This document shows positions 28,562-40,000 of a stretch of 64,000 nucleotides of DNA, one piece after another (position 1 is the first letter of the stretch; each line of letters opens with the position of its first letter). Location: positions 7,316,001 to 7,380,000 of the forward strand of contig OZ024740.1 of NCBI GenBank assembly GCA_964016885.1. The letters are read 5' to 3'. The position numbers and the translations under genes are program-made. The notes beneath the pieces are model-generated. The model saw nothing but the letters and a program-made list of their open reading frames with translations. It was not told the DNA's origin and did no database searches. Source of the stretch: Eledone cirrhosa (taxonomy: Eukaryota).

Positions 28562-31500
28562 ATGCCAAAGATAAAGACAAATTCACCTCTTGGACGAGAA
28601 TGCGAGCACTCCTCATTGTTTCGACCGCGGACGGCTAACATAACCCCATCGGCCCCCGCCCCCCACCGCCCCCAACCCCCAAACGCAATCCAACACTTCA
28701 GAGTTGGTACCATAAATGTAGGCACCCTAAAGGGTCGCGCTAACGAGGTTGTAGAAATGCTTGAACGTAAGGAGGTCGATGTTTGTTGTATTCAAGAGAT
28801 CAGTGGAGGGGTGGGTCCGCTAGGTTCATTGAGGGTAAAAAACGATGTTATAAGATTTTCTGGGTGGGAAACGACGATGGGCTGGGTGGAGTAGGAATCA
28901 TGGTAGCAGAAAAGTGGGCAGATAAGATAATAGACGTAAATAGAGTGAACGACAGAATAATTAAAATACGACTTGTCCTCAATAGAACTACGGTGACAGT
29001 AATATCTGCGTACGCACCCCAATCCGGACTGCCCGGCACTATAAAAGACAGATTCTATGAGACAATGATGCTAACTACCTCCCAAATATCCGACAGTGAC
29101 TATATAATTATTGCAGGCGACCTAAATGGTCACGTTGGACAACATTGTGACGGCTACGATGAAATCCATGGAGGCTATGGGTTTGGTACTAGAAATGAGG
29201 AAGGCTCCAGAATCCTGGAATTCTGTGATGCAAATAACCTAACTATCTGTAACACTAACTTCAAAAAACGTGACAATCACCTGATCACCTCTAGATCCGG
29301 GGAACACACAAGCCAGGTAGATTATATCCTTACCAGAAGACGTGACAGAGTGTCTGTTGTAAACACTAAATCCCTCCCCCATGAAGAATGCACCTCCCAA
29401 CATAGACTGATAATTAGCGACCTCATAGTCAGGACGAGACGTACTCGACAGCAGAAGAGGACTATCCTCAGGAGAAAAATATGGAAGCTAAAGGACCCCA
29501 CAGCCAGGAATAAATTTCAAAGCATATTACTTGATGCTTTCGACAGTAAGGAAGAACATTTAGAGTCGGACAATATAGAGAGGGGTCAATTAAGGCCAAA
29601 AAGCAGGCTTGGAAAGTATGGCGGGATGGGGGAAGTAGAGAAGACTATCAAGTGGCCAGGAGGGAAGCTAGGAGACAAGTGTACTTAGCAAGAAGGGAAG
29701 CTGAGGAAAGAAAGTTCAAGCATGTTCTACAACGCGATGACCAAAAACGTGAGGTGTTCAGGATTGCTAGGCAATGCGTCAAGGAAAACCGTGATATTGT
29801 CGGGGAGAAGTGTGTACTAAACGACGATGGCACACTTGCCATCACCGACGCTGATAAAAAGGTAGCTTGGAAGTGTCACTATGAAAGGCTACTAAATGAG
29901 GAGAATAAATGGGAGAAAGACAGTCTCCCCCATATTGACCCAATAGAGGGACCAGCAGTGTTAGTCGAGGGGAGTATAATAAGTAAGGCAATCAAGGATA
30001 TGAAGACGGGTAAGGCGGCTGGGCCTTCGGAAATAGTTGCTGAGTTGCTGAAGGCATCTGGCACGGTGGGACACACCATGGTCACCCGCATAGTTAACCA
30101 AGTCGTACAGAATAGGGTTGTTCCGAAGGACTGGCATAGCAGCATCATCGTTAACTGTTATAAGGGTAAAGGAGACGCCCTAGATAGGAGTAACTATAGA
30201 GGCATTAAATTAATCGACCAGGTCATGAAGGTCACGGAAAAAGTAATAGCGCAACTAATCAGAGAGAGAATTGATCTAGATGAAATGCAGTTCGGGTTTG
30301 TGTCAGGCAAAAGTACCACAGACGCTCTTTTCATAGTACGACAACTACAGGAGAAGTACCTAGCTAAAGGTAAACCCCTCTACTTAGCTTTTGTCGACTT
30401 GGAGTAAGCCTTCGACAGAGTACCCCGCTCCATTATCTGGTGGGCTCTTAGAAAACTAGGCGTTGACGAATGGCTTGTGAGGGCTATACAAGCCATGTAT
30501 AAAGAAACAGTCAGCAAGGTTAGAATTAACAACGAATATAGTGAAGAGTTTAGCGTAAAAGTTGGCGTCCATCAGGGCTCTGTTCTCAGCCCCCTACTAT
30601 TTATTATTGCCCTTCAGGCTATAACAGAGGAGTTCAAGACAGGCTGCCCATGGGAACTCCTATACGCAGACGACTTGACACTCATAGCGGAATCAATGGC
30701 CGAGCTAGAGAAGAAATTCCAAACATGGAAGCACGGCCTAGAGTCAAAAGGACTTAAAATTAACCTGGCTAAGACCAAAGTTCTAGTTTGTAGGAAAGAA
30801 AACAAGGCGGCGATCCCTTCTGGGAAATGGTCGTGCTCGGTGTGTAGGAAAGGCGTAGGTAGAAACTCCATTTTATGTCCTAAATGCAAAGTATGGGTGC
30901 ATAAAAGCTGTAGTGGGATCACAGGTAAGCTAACTAAAAACATAGATTTTACATGTGGCCGGTGTTCTGGTGCAATAAGTAGCAGCAAGTGCCCAAAAAA
31001 TACTAGCTCTTTCAATTGCGCAGAGGGTTCTATAGAAATAGTGGACAGCTTCCGTTACCTGGGCGATAAAATCAGCAGTGGGGGAGGGTGCTCTGAAAGT
31101 ACAGTAGCTAGAGTCAGAACTGGTTGGAAAAAGTTCAGAGAGCTTATACCACTATTAGCTGCTAAAGGGTTCTCCCTAAAAATGAAAGGCAGGTTGTACG
31201 ATGCCTGCATACGAACAGCAATGCTGTATGGCAGTGAGACCTGGGCATTGTGTGCAGAGGATATACGCAGACTAGAGAGGAACGAAGCTTGCATGCTCCG
31301 CCGGATGTGTAACAGTAATATACGTGAACGGCAAAGCATAAACGAACTAAGGAAAAAATTAGAGATAAGAGGGATCAGATGTTGTTTACTCGAGAGAAGG
31401 CTACGTTGGTATGGACACGTGATGCGCATGAAAGGCGATAGCTGTATAACAAAGTGCAGGGCAATAAAGATAGACGGTAGTCACGGAATAGGCAGACCTA

Positions 31501-31619
31501 GAAAAACCTGGGACGAGCTGATAAACTCCGACATCACACACTTACACCTCTCCAAGACAATGTCACTGGACCGAGACCTTTGGCGGTACTCAGTAACAGA
31601 GAAGACCCGCCTTACCTAA
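28562..31619 (+). pseudogene. RTE polyprotein (APE endonuclease + reverse transcriptase with internal PHD-type finger), inactivated
   Basis: APE motifs TINVGTL, CIQE, SAYAPQ, GDLNGHVG, QVDYIL and SQH (about 28697-29424). RT motifs YKGKGD, NYRGI, QFGF, DLE*AFD, GVHQGSVLSP, YADD (30663-30674) and FRYLG. Lesions: frameshift near 28800, frameshift or internal deletion near 29580, nonsense TAA at 30405-30407. Confidence 0.93.
30834..30965 (+). other. C4HC3 PHD-type zinc finger inside the RT domain
   Basis: CSVC-x10-CPKC-x4-H-x2-C-x14-CGRC lies between the KTKV and FRYLG RT motifs. All eight ligands are also present at 22445-22576 (+) and 58709-58840 (-). Confidence 0.8.
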
Positions 31620-32019
31620 ATATATAGTAAAGCCTACTCCAGCCAGTAGGCATCTCTGACAAAATACACCCCGTCCCACCCCCACCACCCCCACCCCACC
31701 CACACCACCCCGTTCTATGTAAAGTTATGTTGGTGCCGCGCCATCGAGGCCGAAACAAATGAGATCGTGTAGGTGTCACGACAAAAAAACACACAGTCCA
31801 CGCTGTAATGTGGCCGTGTAGGCAACAAGGTAAAAACCTCCCAGACCCACACTGTAAATGTGGTTGGTGTTAGGAAGGGCATCCAACTGTAGAAAACCTG
31901 CCAGACAGTCCTATGCGAGCAAGACAATCACTCTTGCCTCAAGTGGGACTACCCCCGTCCAAACCCATGCAAGCGTGGAACACGGACATTAAACGTTGAT
32001 GATGATGATGATGATGATG

Positions 32020-35000
32020 TCAGTTTCGATTATTATATCAGTTACTATTTGTATGTCAGTCTCGATTTGTATATCAGTTTCTATTGATATGTCAGTTTCT
32101 ATTGGTATGTCAGTTTCGATTGGTATATCAGTTTCTATTGGTATGTCAGTTTCAATTGGTATATCAGTTTCTATTGGTATGTCAGTTTCTATTGGTATAT
32201 CAGTTTCGATCGGTATTTCAGTTTCGATTGGTATATCAGTTTCAATTAGTATGTCAGTTTCTATTGGTATATCAGTTTCGATTGGTATGTCAGTTTCGAT
32301 TAGTATGTCAATTTCTATTGGTATGTCAGTTTCGATTGGTATATCATTTTTGATTGGTATATCAGTTTCTATTGATATATCAGTTTCTATTGGTATGTCA
32401 GTTTCGATTGGTATGTCAGTTTCTATTCGTATATCAGTTTCGATTGGTATGTCAGTTTCCATTGGTATGTCAGTGTCGATTATTATATCAGTTACTATTG
32501 GTATGTCATTTTCGATTGGTATATCAGTTTCGATTGGTATCACAGTTTCGATTGGTATGTCAGTTTGGATTTGTATGTCAGTTTCGATTGATATGTCAAT
32601 TTCGATTGGTATATCAGTTTCGATTAGTATGTCAGTTTCTACTGGTATATCAGTTTCGATTGGTATATCAGTTTCGATTGGTATGTCAGTTTCGATTGGT
32701 ATATCAGTTTCGATTGGTATGTCAGTTTCCATTAGTATATCAGTTTCTATTGGTATGTCAGTTTCTCTTGGTATATCAGCTTCGATTGGTATATCAGTTT
32801 AGATTAGTATGTCAGTTTCTATTGGTATGTCAGTTTCGATTAGTATATCAGTTTCAATGGTATGTCAGTTTCGATTGGTATATCAGTTTCTATTGGTATT
32901 TCAGTTTCGATTGGTATATCAGTGTCGATTGGTATATCAGTTTCGATTGGTATCTCAGTTTCGATTGGTATATCAGTTTCGATTGGTATATCAGTTTCTA
33001 TTGGTATGTCAGTTTTGATTATTATATCAGTTACTATTGGTATGTCAGTTTCGATTGGTATATCAGTTTCGATTGGTATGTCAATTTCTATTGGTATATC
33101 AGTTTCTATTCGTATGTCAGTTTCGATAGGTATGTCAGTTTCTATTGGTATATCAGTTTCGATTTGTATATCAGTTTCTATTAGTATGTCAGTTTCGATT
33201 ATTATATCAGTTACTATTGGTATGTCAGTTTCGATTGGTATGTCAGTTTCGATTGGTATATAAGTTTCGATTGGTATGTCAGTTTCGATTGGTATGTCGG
33301 TTTCGATTGGTTTGTCAATTTCGATTGGTATATCAGTTTTGGTTAGTTTGTCAGTTTCTATTGGTTTATCAGTTTCGATTATTAGATCAGTTTCTATTGG
33401 TATGTCCGTTTCTATTGGTATATCTGTTTCGATTGGTATATCAGTTTCGATTAGTATGTCAGTTTCTATTGGTATGTCAGTTTTGATAATTATATCAGTT
33501 ACTTTTGGTATGTCAGTTTCGATTGATATGTCAATTTTCGATTGGTATATCAGTTTAGATTGGTATGTCAGTTTCGATTGATATATCAGTTTCTATTGGT
33601 ATATCAGTTTCTATTGGTATGTCAGTTTTGATTGGTATATCAGTTTCGATTGGTATGTCAGTTTCGATTGGTATGTCAGTTTCGATTGGTATGTCAGATT
33701 CTATTGGTATATCAGTTTCGATTGCTATATCAGTTTCGATTGATATATCAGTTTCTATTGGTATATCAGTTTCTATTGGTATGTCAGTTTTGATTGATAT
33801 ATCAGTTTCGATTGGTATGTCAGTTTCGATTGGTATGTCAGTTTCGATTGGTATATCAGTTTTGATTGGTATGTCAATTACAATTAGTATATCAGTTTCT
33901 ATTGGTATGTTAGTTTCTATCGGTATATCAGTTTCAATAGGTATATCAGTTTCGTTTGGTATGTCAGTTTCTATTGGTATGTCAGTTTCGATTGGTATAT
34001 CAGTTTCGATTGGTATGTCAGTTTCTATTGGTATATCAGTTTCGATTGGTATATCAGTTTCGAGTAGTATATCAGTTTCGATTGGTATATCAGTTTCTAT
34101 TGGTATGTCAGTTTCGATTATTATATCAGTTACTATTTGTATGTCAGTTTCGATTGGTATGTCAGTTTCGATTTGTATATCAGTTTCTATTGATATGTCA
34201 GTTTCTATTGGTATGTCAGTTTCGGTTGGTATATCAGTTTCGATTGGTATGTCAGTTTCTATTGGTATATCAGTTTCTATTGGTATGTCAGTTTCGATAG
34301 GTATGTCAGTTTCTATTGGTATATCAGTTTCGATTTGTATGTCAGTTTCTATTGGTATATCAGTTTCAATTATTGTATCAGTTACTATTGGTATGTCAGT
34401 TTCGATTTGTATGTCAGTTTCGATTGGTATATAAGTTTCGATTGGTATGTCAGTTTCGATTGGTATGTCGGTTTCGATTGCTTTGTCAATTTCGATTGGT
34501 ATATCAGTTTTGGTTAGTTTGTCAGTTTCTATTGGTTTATCAGTTTCGATTATTAGATCAGTTTCTATTGGTATGTCCGTTTCTATTGGTATATCTGTTT
34601 CGATTGGTATATCAGTTTCGATTAGTATGTCAGTTTCTATTGGTATGTCAGTTTTGATAATTATATCAGTTACTTTTGGTATGTCAGTTTCGATTGATAT
34701 GTCAATTTTCGATTGGTATATCAGTTTAGATTGGTATGTCAGTTTCGATTGATATATCAGTTTCTATTGGTATATCAGTTTCTATTGGTATGTCAGTTTT
34801 GATTGGTATATCAGTTTCGATTGGTATGTCAGTTTCGATTGGTATGTCAGTTTCGATTGGTATGTCAGATTCTATTGGTATATCAGTTTTGATTGTTATA
34901 TCAGTTTCGATTGATATATCAGTTTCTATTGGTATATCAGTTTCTATTGGTATGTCAGTTTTGATTGATATATCAGTTTCGATTGGTATGTCAGTTTCGA

Positions 35001-36389
35001 TTGGTATGTCAGTTTCGATTGGTATATCAGTTTTGATTGGTATGTCAATTACAATTAGTATATCAGTTTCTATTGGTATGTTAGTTTCTATCGGTATATC
35101 AGTTTCGATAGGTATATCAGTTTCGTTTGGTATGTCAGTTTCTATTGGTATGTCAGTTTCGATTGGTATATCAGTTTCGATTGGTATGTCAGTTTCTATT
35201 GGTATATCAGTTTCGATTGGTATATCAGTTTCGAGTAGTATATCAGTTTCGATTGGTATATCAGTTTCTATTGGTATGTCAGTTTCGATTATTATATCAG
35301 TTACTATTTGTATGTCAGTTTCGATTGGTATGTCAGTTTCGATTTGTATATCAGTTTCTATTGATATGTCAGTTTCTATTGGTATGTCAGTTTCGGTTGG
35401 TATATCAGTTTCGATTGGTATGTCAGTTTCTATTGGTATATCAGTTTCTATTGGTATGTCAGTTTCGATAGGTATGTCAGTTTCTATTGGTATATCAGTT
35501 TCGATTTGTATGTCAGTTTCTATTGGTATATCAGTTTCAATTATTGTATCAGTTACTATTGGTATGTCAGTTTCGATTTGTATGTCAGTTTCGATTGGTA
35601 TGTAAGTTTCGATTGGTATATCAGTTTCTATTGCTATGGCAGGTTCGATTGGTATATCAGTTTCGATTTGTATCTCAGTTTCGATTGGTATGTCAGTTTC
35701 GATTGTTATATCAGTTTCTATTGGTATGTCAGTTTTGATTGGTATATCAGTTTCGATTGGTATGTCAGTTTCGATTGGTATGTCAGTTTCAATTAGTATG
35801 TCAGTTTCTATTGGTATGTTAGTTTCTATTGTTATATCAGTTTCTAATGGTATGTCAGTGTCGATTGGTATGTCAGATTCTATTGGTATAACAGTTTCTA
35901 TTGGTATATCAGTTTCTATTGGTATGTCAGTTTTGATTGGTATATCAGTTTCGATTGGTATGTCAGTATCGATTGGTATGTCAGTTTCGATCGGTATATC
36001 AGTTTTGATTGGTATGTCTATTTCAATTAGTATATCAGTTTCTATTGGTATGTTAGTTTCTATTGGTATATCAGTTTCGATAGGTATATCAGTTTCGTTT
36101 GGTATGTCAGTTTCCATTGGTATGTCAGTTTCGATTGTTATATCAGTTTCGATTTGTATATCAGTTTCTATTGCTATATCAGTTTCTATTGGTATGTCAG
36201 TTTCGATTGGTATGTCAGTTTCTAATGGTATATCAGTTTCGATTGGTATGTCAGTTTCTATTGGTATGTCAGTTTCGATTGGTATATCAGTTTCGATTGG
36301 TATGTCAGTTTCTATTGGTATATCAGTTTCGATTGGTATGTCAGTTTCGATTAGTATATCAGTTTTGATTGGTATATCAGTTTCTATTG
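32020..36389. repeat. 18-bp satellite, segment 3 (contains a 1171-bp internal tandem duplication)
   Basis: Same monomer. ORF pairs 33276/34447 and 33565/34736 sit at a 1171-bp offset. Confidence 0.98.
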
Positions 36390-37006
36390 GTATTTAGGTA
36401 AGGCGGGTCTTCTCTATTACTGAGTACCGCCAAAGGACCGAGACCTTTGGCGGTACTCAGTAATAGAGAAGACCCGCCTTACCTAAATACAAAGTAAAAA
36501 CCTACTACAGTCAGTAGGCACCTCTATCAAAACACACCCCCGTCCCACCACCTCCACCCCACCCACACCGCCCCTTTCAATGTAAAGTTATGTTGGTCCC
36601 ACAACATCCAGGCCGAAACAAATGAGAACAAATGAGATCGTGTAGGTGTCACGACAAAAAACACACATTCCACGCTGTAAATGTGGCCGTGTAGGCAACA
36701 CGGTAAAAACCTCCCAGCCCCACACTGTAAATGTGGTTGGTGTTAGGAAGGGCATCCAGCTGTAGAAAACCCGCCAGACAGTCCACGCTGTAATGTGGCC
36801 GTGTAGGCAACACGGTAAAAACCTCCCAGCCCCACACTGTAAATGTGGTTGGTGTTAGGAAGGGCATCCAACTGTAGAAAACCCGCCAGACAGTCCTATG
36901 CGAGCAAGACAACCACTCTTGCCTCAAGTGGGAAAACCCCCGTCCAAACCCATGCAAGCGTGGAACACGGACGCTAAACCTGATGATGATGATGATGATG
37001 ATGATG
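36390..37006 (+). mobile_element. 617-bp RTE 3'-end fragment with 47-bp fold-back inverted 5' end and 113-bp internal duplication (copy A)
   Basis: Homologous to the ORF end and 3' UTR of copy 2 (from GGACCGAGACC, ~31568). Perfect inverted repeat 36390-36436 / 36444-36490. Tandem duplication units start at 36669 and 36782. (GAT)n tail at 36981-37006. Confidence 0.92.
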
Positions 37007-40000
37007 TCAGCTTCGATTATTATATCAGTTACTATTTGTATGTCAGTTTCGATTGGTATGTCAGTTTCGATTTGTATATCAGTTTCTATTGATATGTCAG
37101 TTTCTATTGGTATGTCAGTTTCGATTGGTATATCAGTTTCTATTGGTATGTCAGTTTCAATTGGAATATCAGTTTCTATTGGTATGTCAGTTTCTATTGG
37201 TATATCAGTTTCGATCGGTATATCAGTTTCGATTGGTATATCAGTTTCAATTAGTATGTCAGTTTCTATTGGTATATCAGTTTCGATTGGTATGTCAGTT
37301 TCGATTAGTATGTCAATTTCTATTGGTATGTCAGTTTTGATTGGTATATCAGTTTTGATTGGTATATCAGTTTCTATTGCTATATCTGTTTCTATTGGTA
37401 TGTCAGTTTCGATTGGTATGTCAGTTTCTATTGGTATATCAGTTTCGATTGGTATGTCAGTTTCTATTGGTATGTCAGTGTCGATTATTATATCAGTTAC
37501 TATTGGTATGTCAGTTTCGATTGGTATATCAGTTTCGATTGGTATCTCAGTTTCGATTGGTATGTCAGTTTCGATTTGTATGTCAGTTTCGATTGATATG
37601 TCAATTTCGATTAGTATATCAGTTTCGATTAGTATGTCAGTTTCTATTGGTATGTCAGTTTCGATTAGTATATCAGTTTCAATGGTATGTCAGTTTCGAT
37701 TGGTATATCAGTTTCTATTGGTATTTCAGTTTCGATTGGTATATCAGTCTCGATTGGTATATCAGTTTCGATTGGTATCTCAGTTTCGATTGGTATATCA
37801 GTTTCGATTGGTATATCAGTTTCTATTGGTATGTCAGTTTTGATTATTATATCAGTTACTATTGGTATGTCAGTTTCGATTGATATGTCAATTTCGATTG
37901 GTATATCAGTTTCTATTCGTATGTCAATTTCGATAGGTATATCAGTTTTGATTGGTATGTCAGTTTCGATTAGTATGTCAATTTCTATTGGTATATCAGT
38001 TTCTATTGCTATATCAGTTACTATTGGTATGTCAGTTTTGATTGGTATGTCAGTTTCTATTTGTATATCATTTTCGATTGGTATGTCAGTTTCTATTGGT
38101 ATGTCAGTGTCGATTATTATATCAGTAACTATTGGTCTGTCAGTTTCGATTGGTATGTCAGTTTCGATTTGTATATCAGTTTCTATTGGTATGACAGGTT
38201 CGATTGGTATATCAGTTTCTATTGGTATGTCAGTTTCAATTGGTATATCAGTTTCTATTGGTATGTCAGTTTCTATTGGTATATCAGTTTCGATCGGTAT
38301 TTCAGTTTCGATTGGTATATCAGTTTCAATTAGTATGTCAGTTTCTATTGGTATATCAGTTTCGATTGGTATGTCAGTTTCGATTAGTATGTCAATTTCT
38401 ATTGGTATGTCAGTTTCGATTGGTATATCATTTTTGATTGGTATATCAGTTTCTATTGATATATCAGTTTCTATTGGTATGTCAGTTTCGATTGGTATGT
38501 CAGTTTCTATTCGTATATCAGTTTCGATTGGTATGTCAGTTTCCATTGGTATGTCAGTGTCGATTATTATATCAGTTACTATTGGTATGTCATTTTCGAT
38601 TGGTATATCAGTTTCGATTGGTATCACAGTTTCGATTGGTATGTCAGTTTGGATTTGTATGTCAGTTTCGATTGATATGTCAATTTCGATTGGTATATCA
38701 GTTTCGATTAGTATGTCAGTTTCTACTGGTATATCAGTTTCGATTGGTATATCAGTTTCGATTGGTATGTCAGTTTCGATTGGTATATCAGTTTCGATTG
38801 GTATGTCAGTTTCCATTAGTATATCAGTTTCTATTGGTATGTCAGTTTCTCTTGGTATATCAGCTTCGATTGGTATATCAGTTTAGATTAGTATGTCAGT
38901 TTCTATTGGTATGTCAGTTTCGATTAGTATATCAGTTTCAATGGTATGTCAGTTTCGATTGGTATATCAGTTTCTATTGGTATTTCAGTTTCGATTGGTA
39001 TATCAGTGTCGATTGGTATATCAGTTTCGATTGGTATCTCAGTTTCGATTGGTATATCAGTTTCGATTGGTATATCAGTTTCTATTGGTATGTCAGTTTT
39101 GATTATTATATCAGTTACTATTGGTATGTCAGTTTCGATTGGTATATCAGTTTCGATTGGTATGTCAATTTCTATTGGTATATCAGTTTCTATTCGTATG
39201 TCAGTTTCGATAGGTATGTCAGTTTCTATTGGTATATCAGTTTCGATTTGTATATCAGTTTCTATTAGTATGTCAGTTTCGATTATTATATCAGTTACTA
39301 TTGGTATGTCAGTTTCGATTGGTATGTCAGTTTCGATTGGTATATAAGTTTCGATTGGTATGTCAGTTTCGATTGGTATGTCGGTTTCGATTGGTTTGTC
39401 AATTTCGATTGGTATATCAGTTTTGGTTAGTTTGTCAGTTTCTATTGGTTTATCAGTTTCGATTATTAGATCAGTTTCTATTGGTATGTCCGTTTCTATT
39501 GGTATATCTGTTTCGATTGGTATATCAGTTTCGATTAGTATGTCAGTTTCTATTGGTATGTCAGTTTTGATAATTATATCAGTTACTTTTGGTATGTCAG
39601 TTTCGATTGATATGTCAATTTTCGATTGGTATATCAGTTTAGATTGGTATGTCAGTTTCGATTGATATATCAGTTTCTATTGGTATATCAGTTTCTATTG
39701 GTATGTCAGTTTTGATTGGTATATCAGTTTCGATTGGTATGTCAGTTTCGATTGGTATGTCAGTTTCGATTGGTATGTCAGATTCTATTGGTATATCAGT
39801 TTCGATTGCTATATCAGTTTCGATTGATATATCAGTTTCTATTGGTATATCAGTTTCTATTGGTATGTCAGTTTTGATTGATATATCAGTTTCGATTGGT
39901 ATGTCAGTTTCGATTGGTATGTCAGTTTCGATTGGTATATCAGTTTTGATTGGTATGTCAATTACAATTAGTATATCAGTTTCTATTGGTATGTTAGTTT

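Larger units (their letters stand above)
27980..32019 (+). mobile_element. Near-full-length RTE-clade LINE (copy 2): 5' region, single APE-RT ORF (disabled), 3' UTR, (GAT)n tail
   Basis: Non-satellite from 27980. Single ORF with APE endonuclease then RT and no separate ORF1, as is typical of RTE. Stop at 31617-31619, tail TGATGAT... at 31997-32019. Whether the first ~350 bp belongs to the element is uncertain. Confidence 0.93.

Noticed and set aside
22225-31429. Antisense ORFs over the RT regions (22225..22626, 22666..23166, 29879..30148, 30614..31015, 31055..31429; likewise 58179..58625 and 58665..59090)
   Set aside because: Shadow frames of the LINE ORF with no recognisable motifs.
22108-32019. 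LTR retrotransposon with copies 1 and 2 as long terminal repeats
   Set aside because: The shared sequence is RT-coding plus 3' UTR with (GAT)n tails. There are no TG..CA ends, PBS, gag or integrase, and satellite lies between them.
27980-32019. Species assignment (the 3' UTR and (GAT)n tail recall RTE repeats I associate with octopus genomes)
   Set aside because: Based on recollection only; it needs a BLAST/Dfam search and is not asserted.
36390-36490. MITE/DNA transposon terminal inverted repeats, or a rho-independent terminator
   Set aside because: The arms are adjacent (7-nt loop), derive from the LINE ORF end, do not bracket an element and have no U-tract.
36649-37092. Short ORFs in the hairpin cassettes and poly-Met/poly-Asp ORF starts
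   Set aside because: They come from 3' UTR sequence and the (GAT)n tail running into satellite; their repetition reflects DNA duplication, not conservation.
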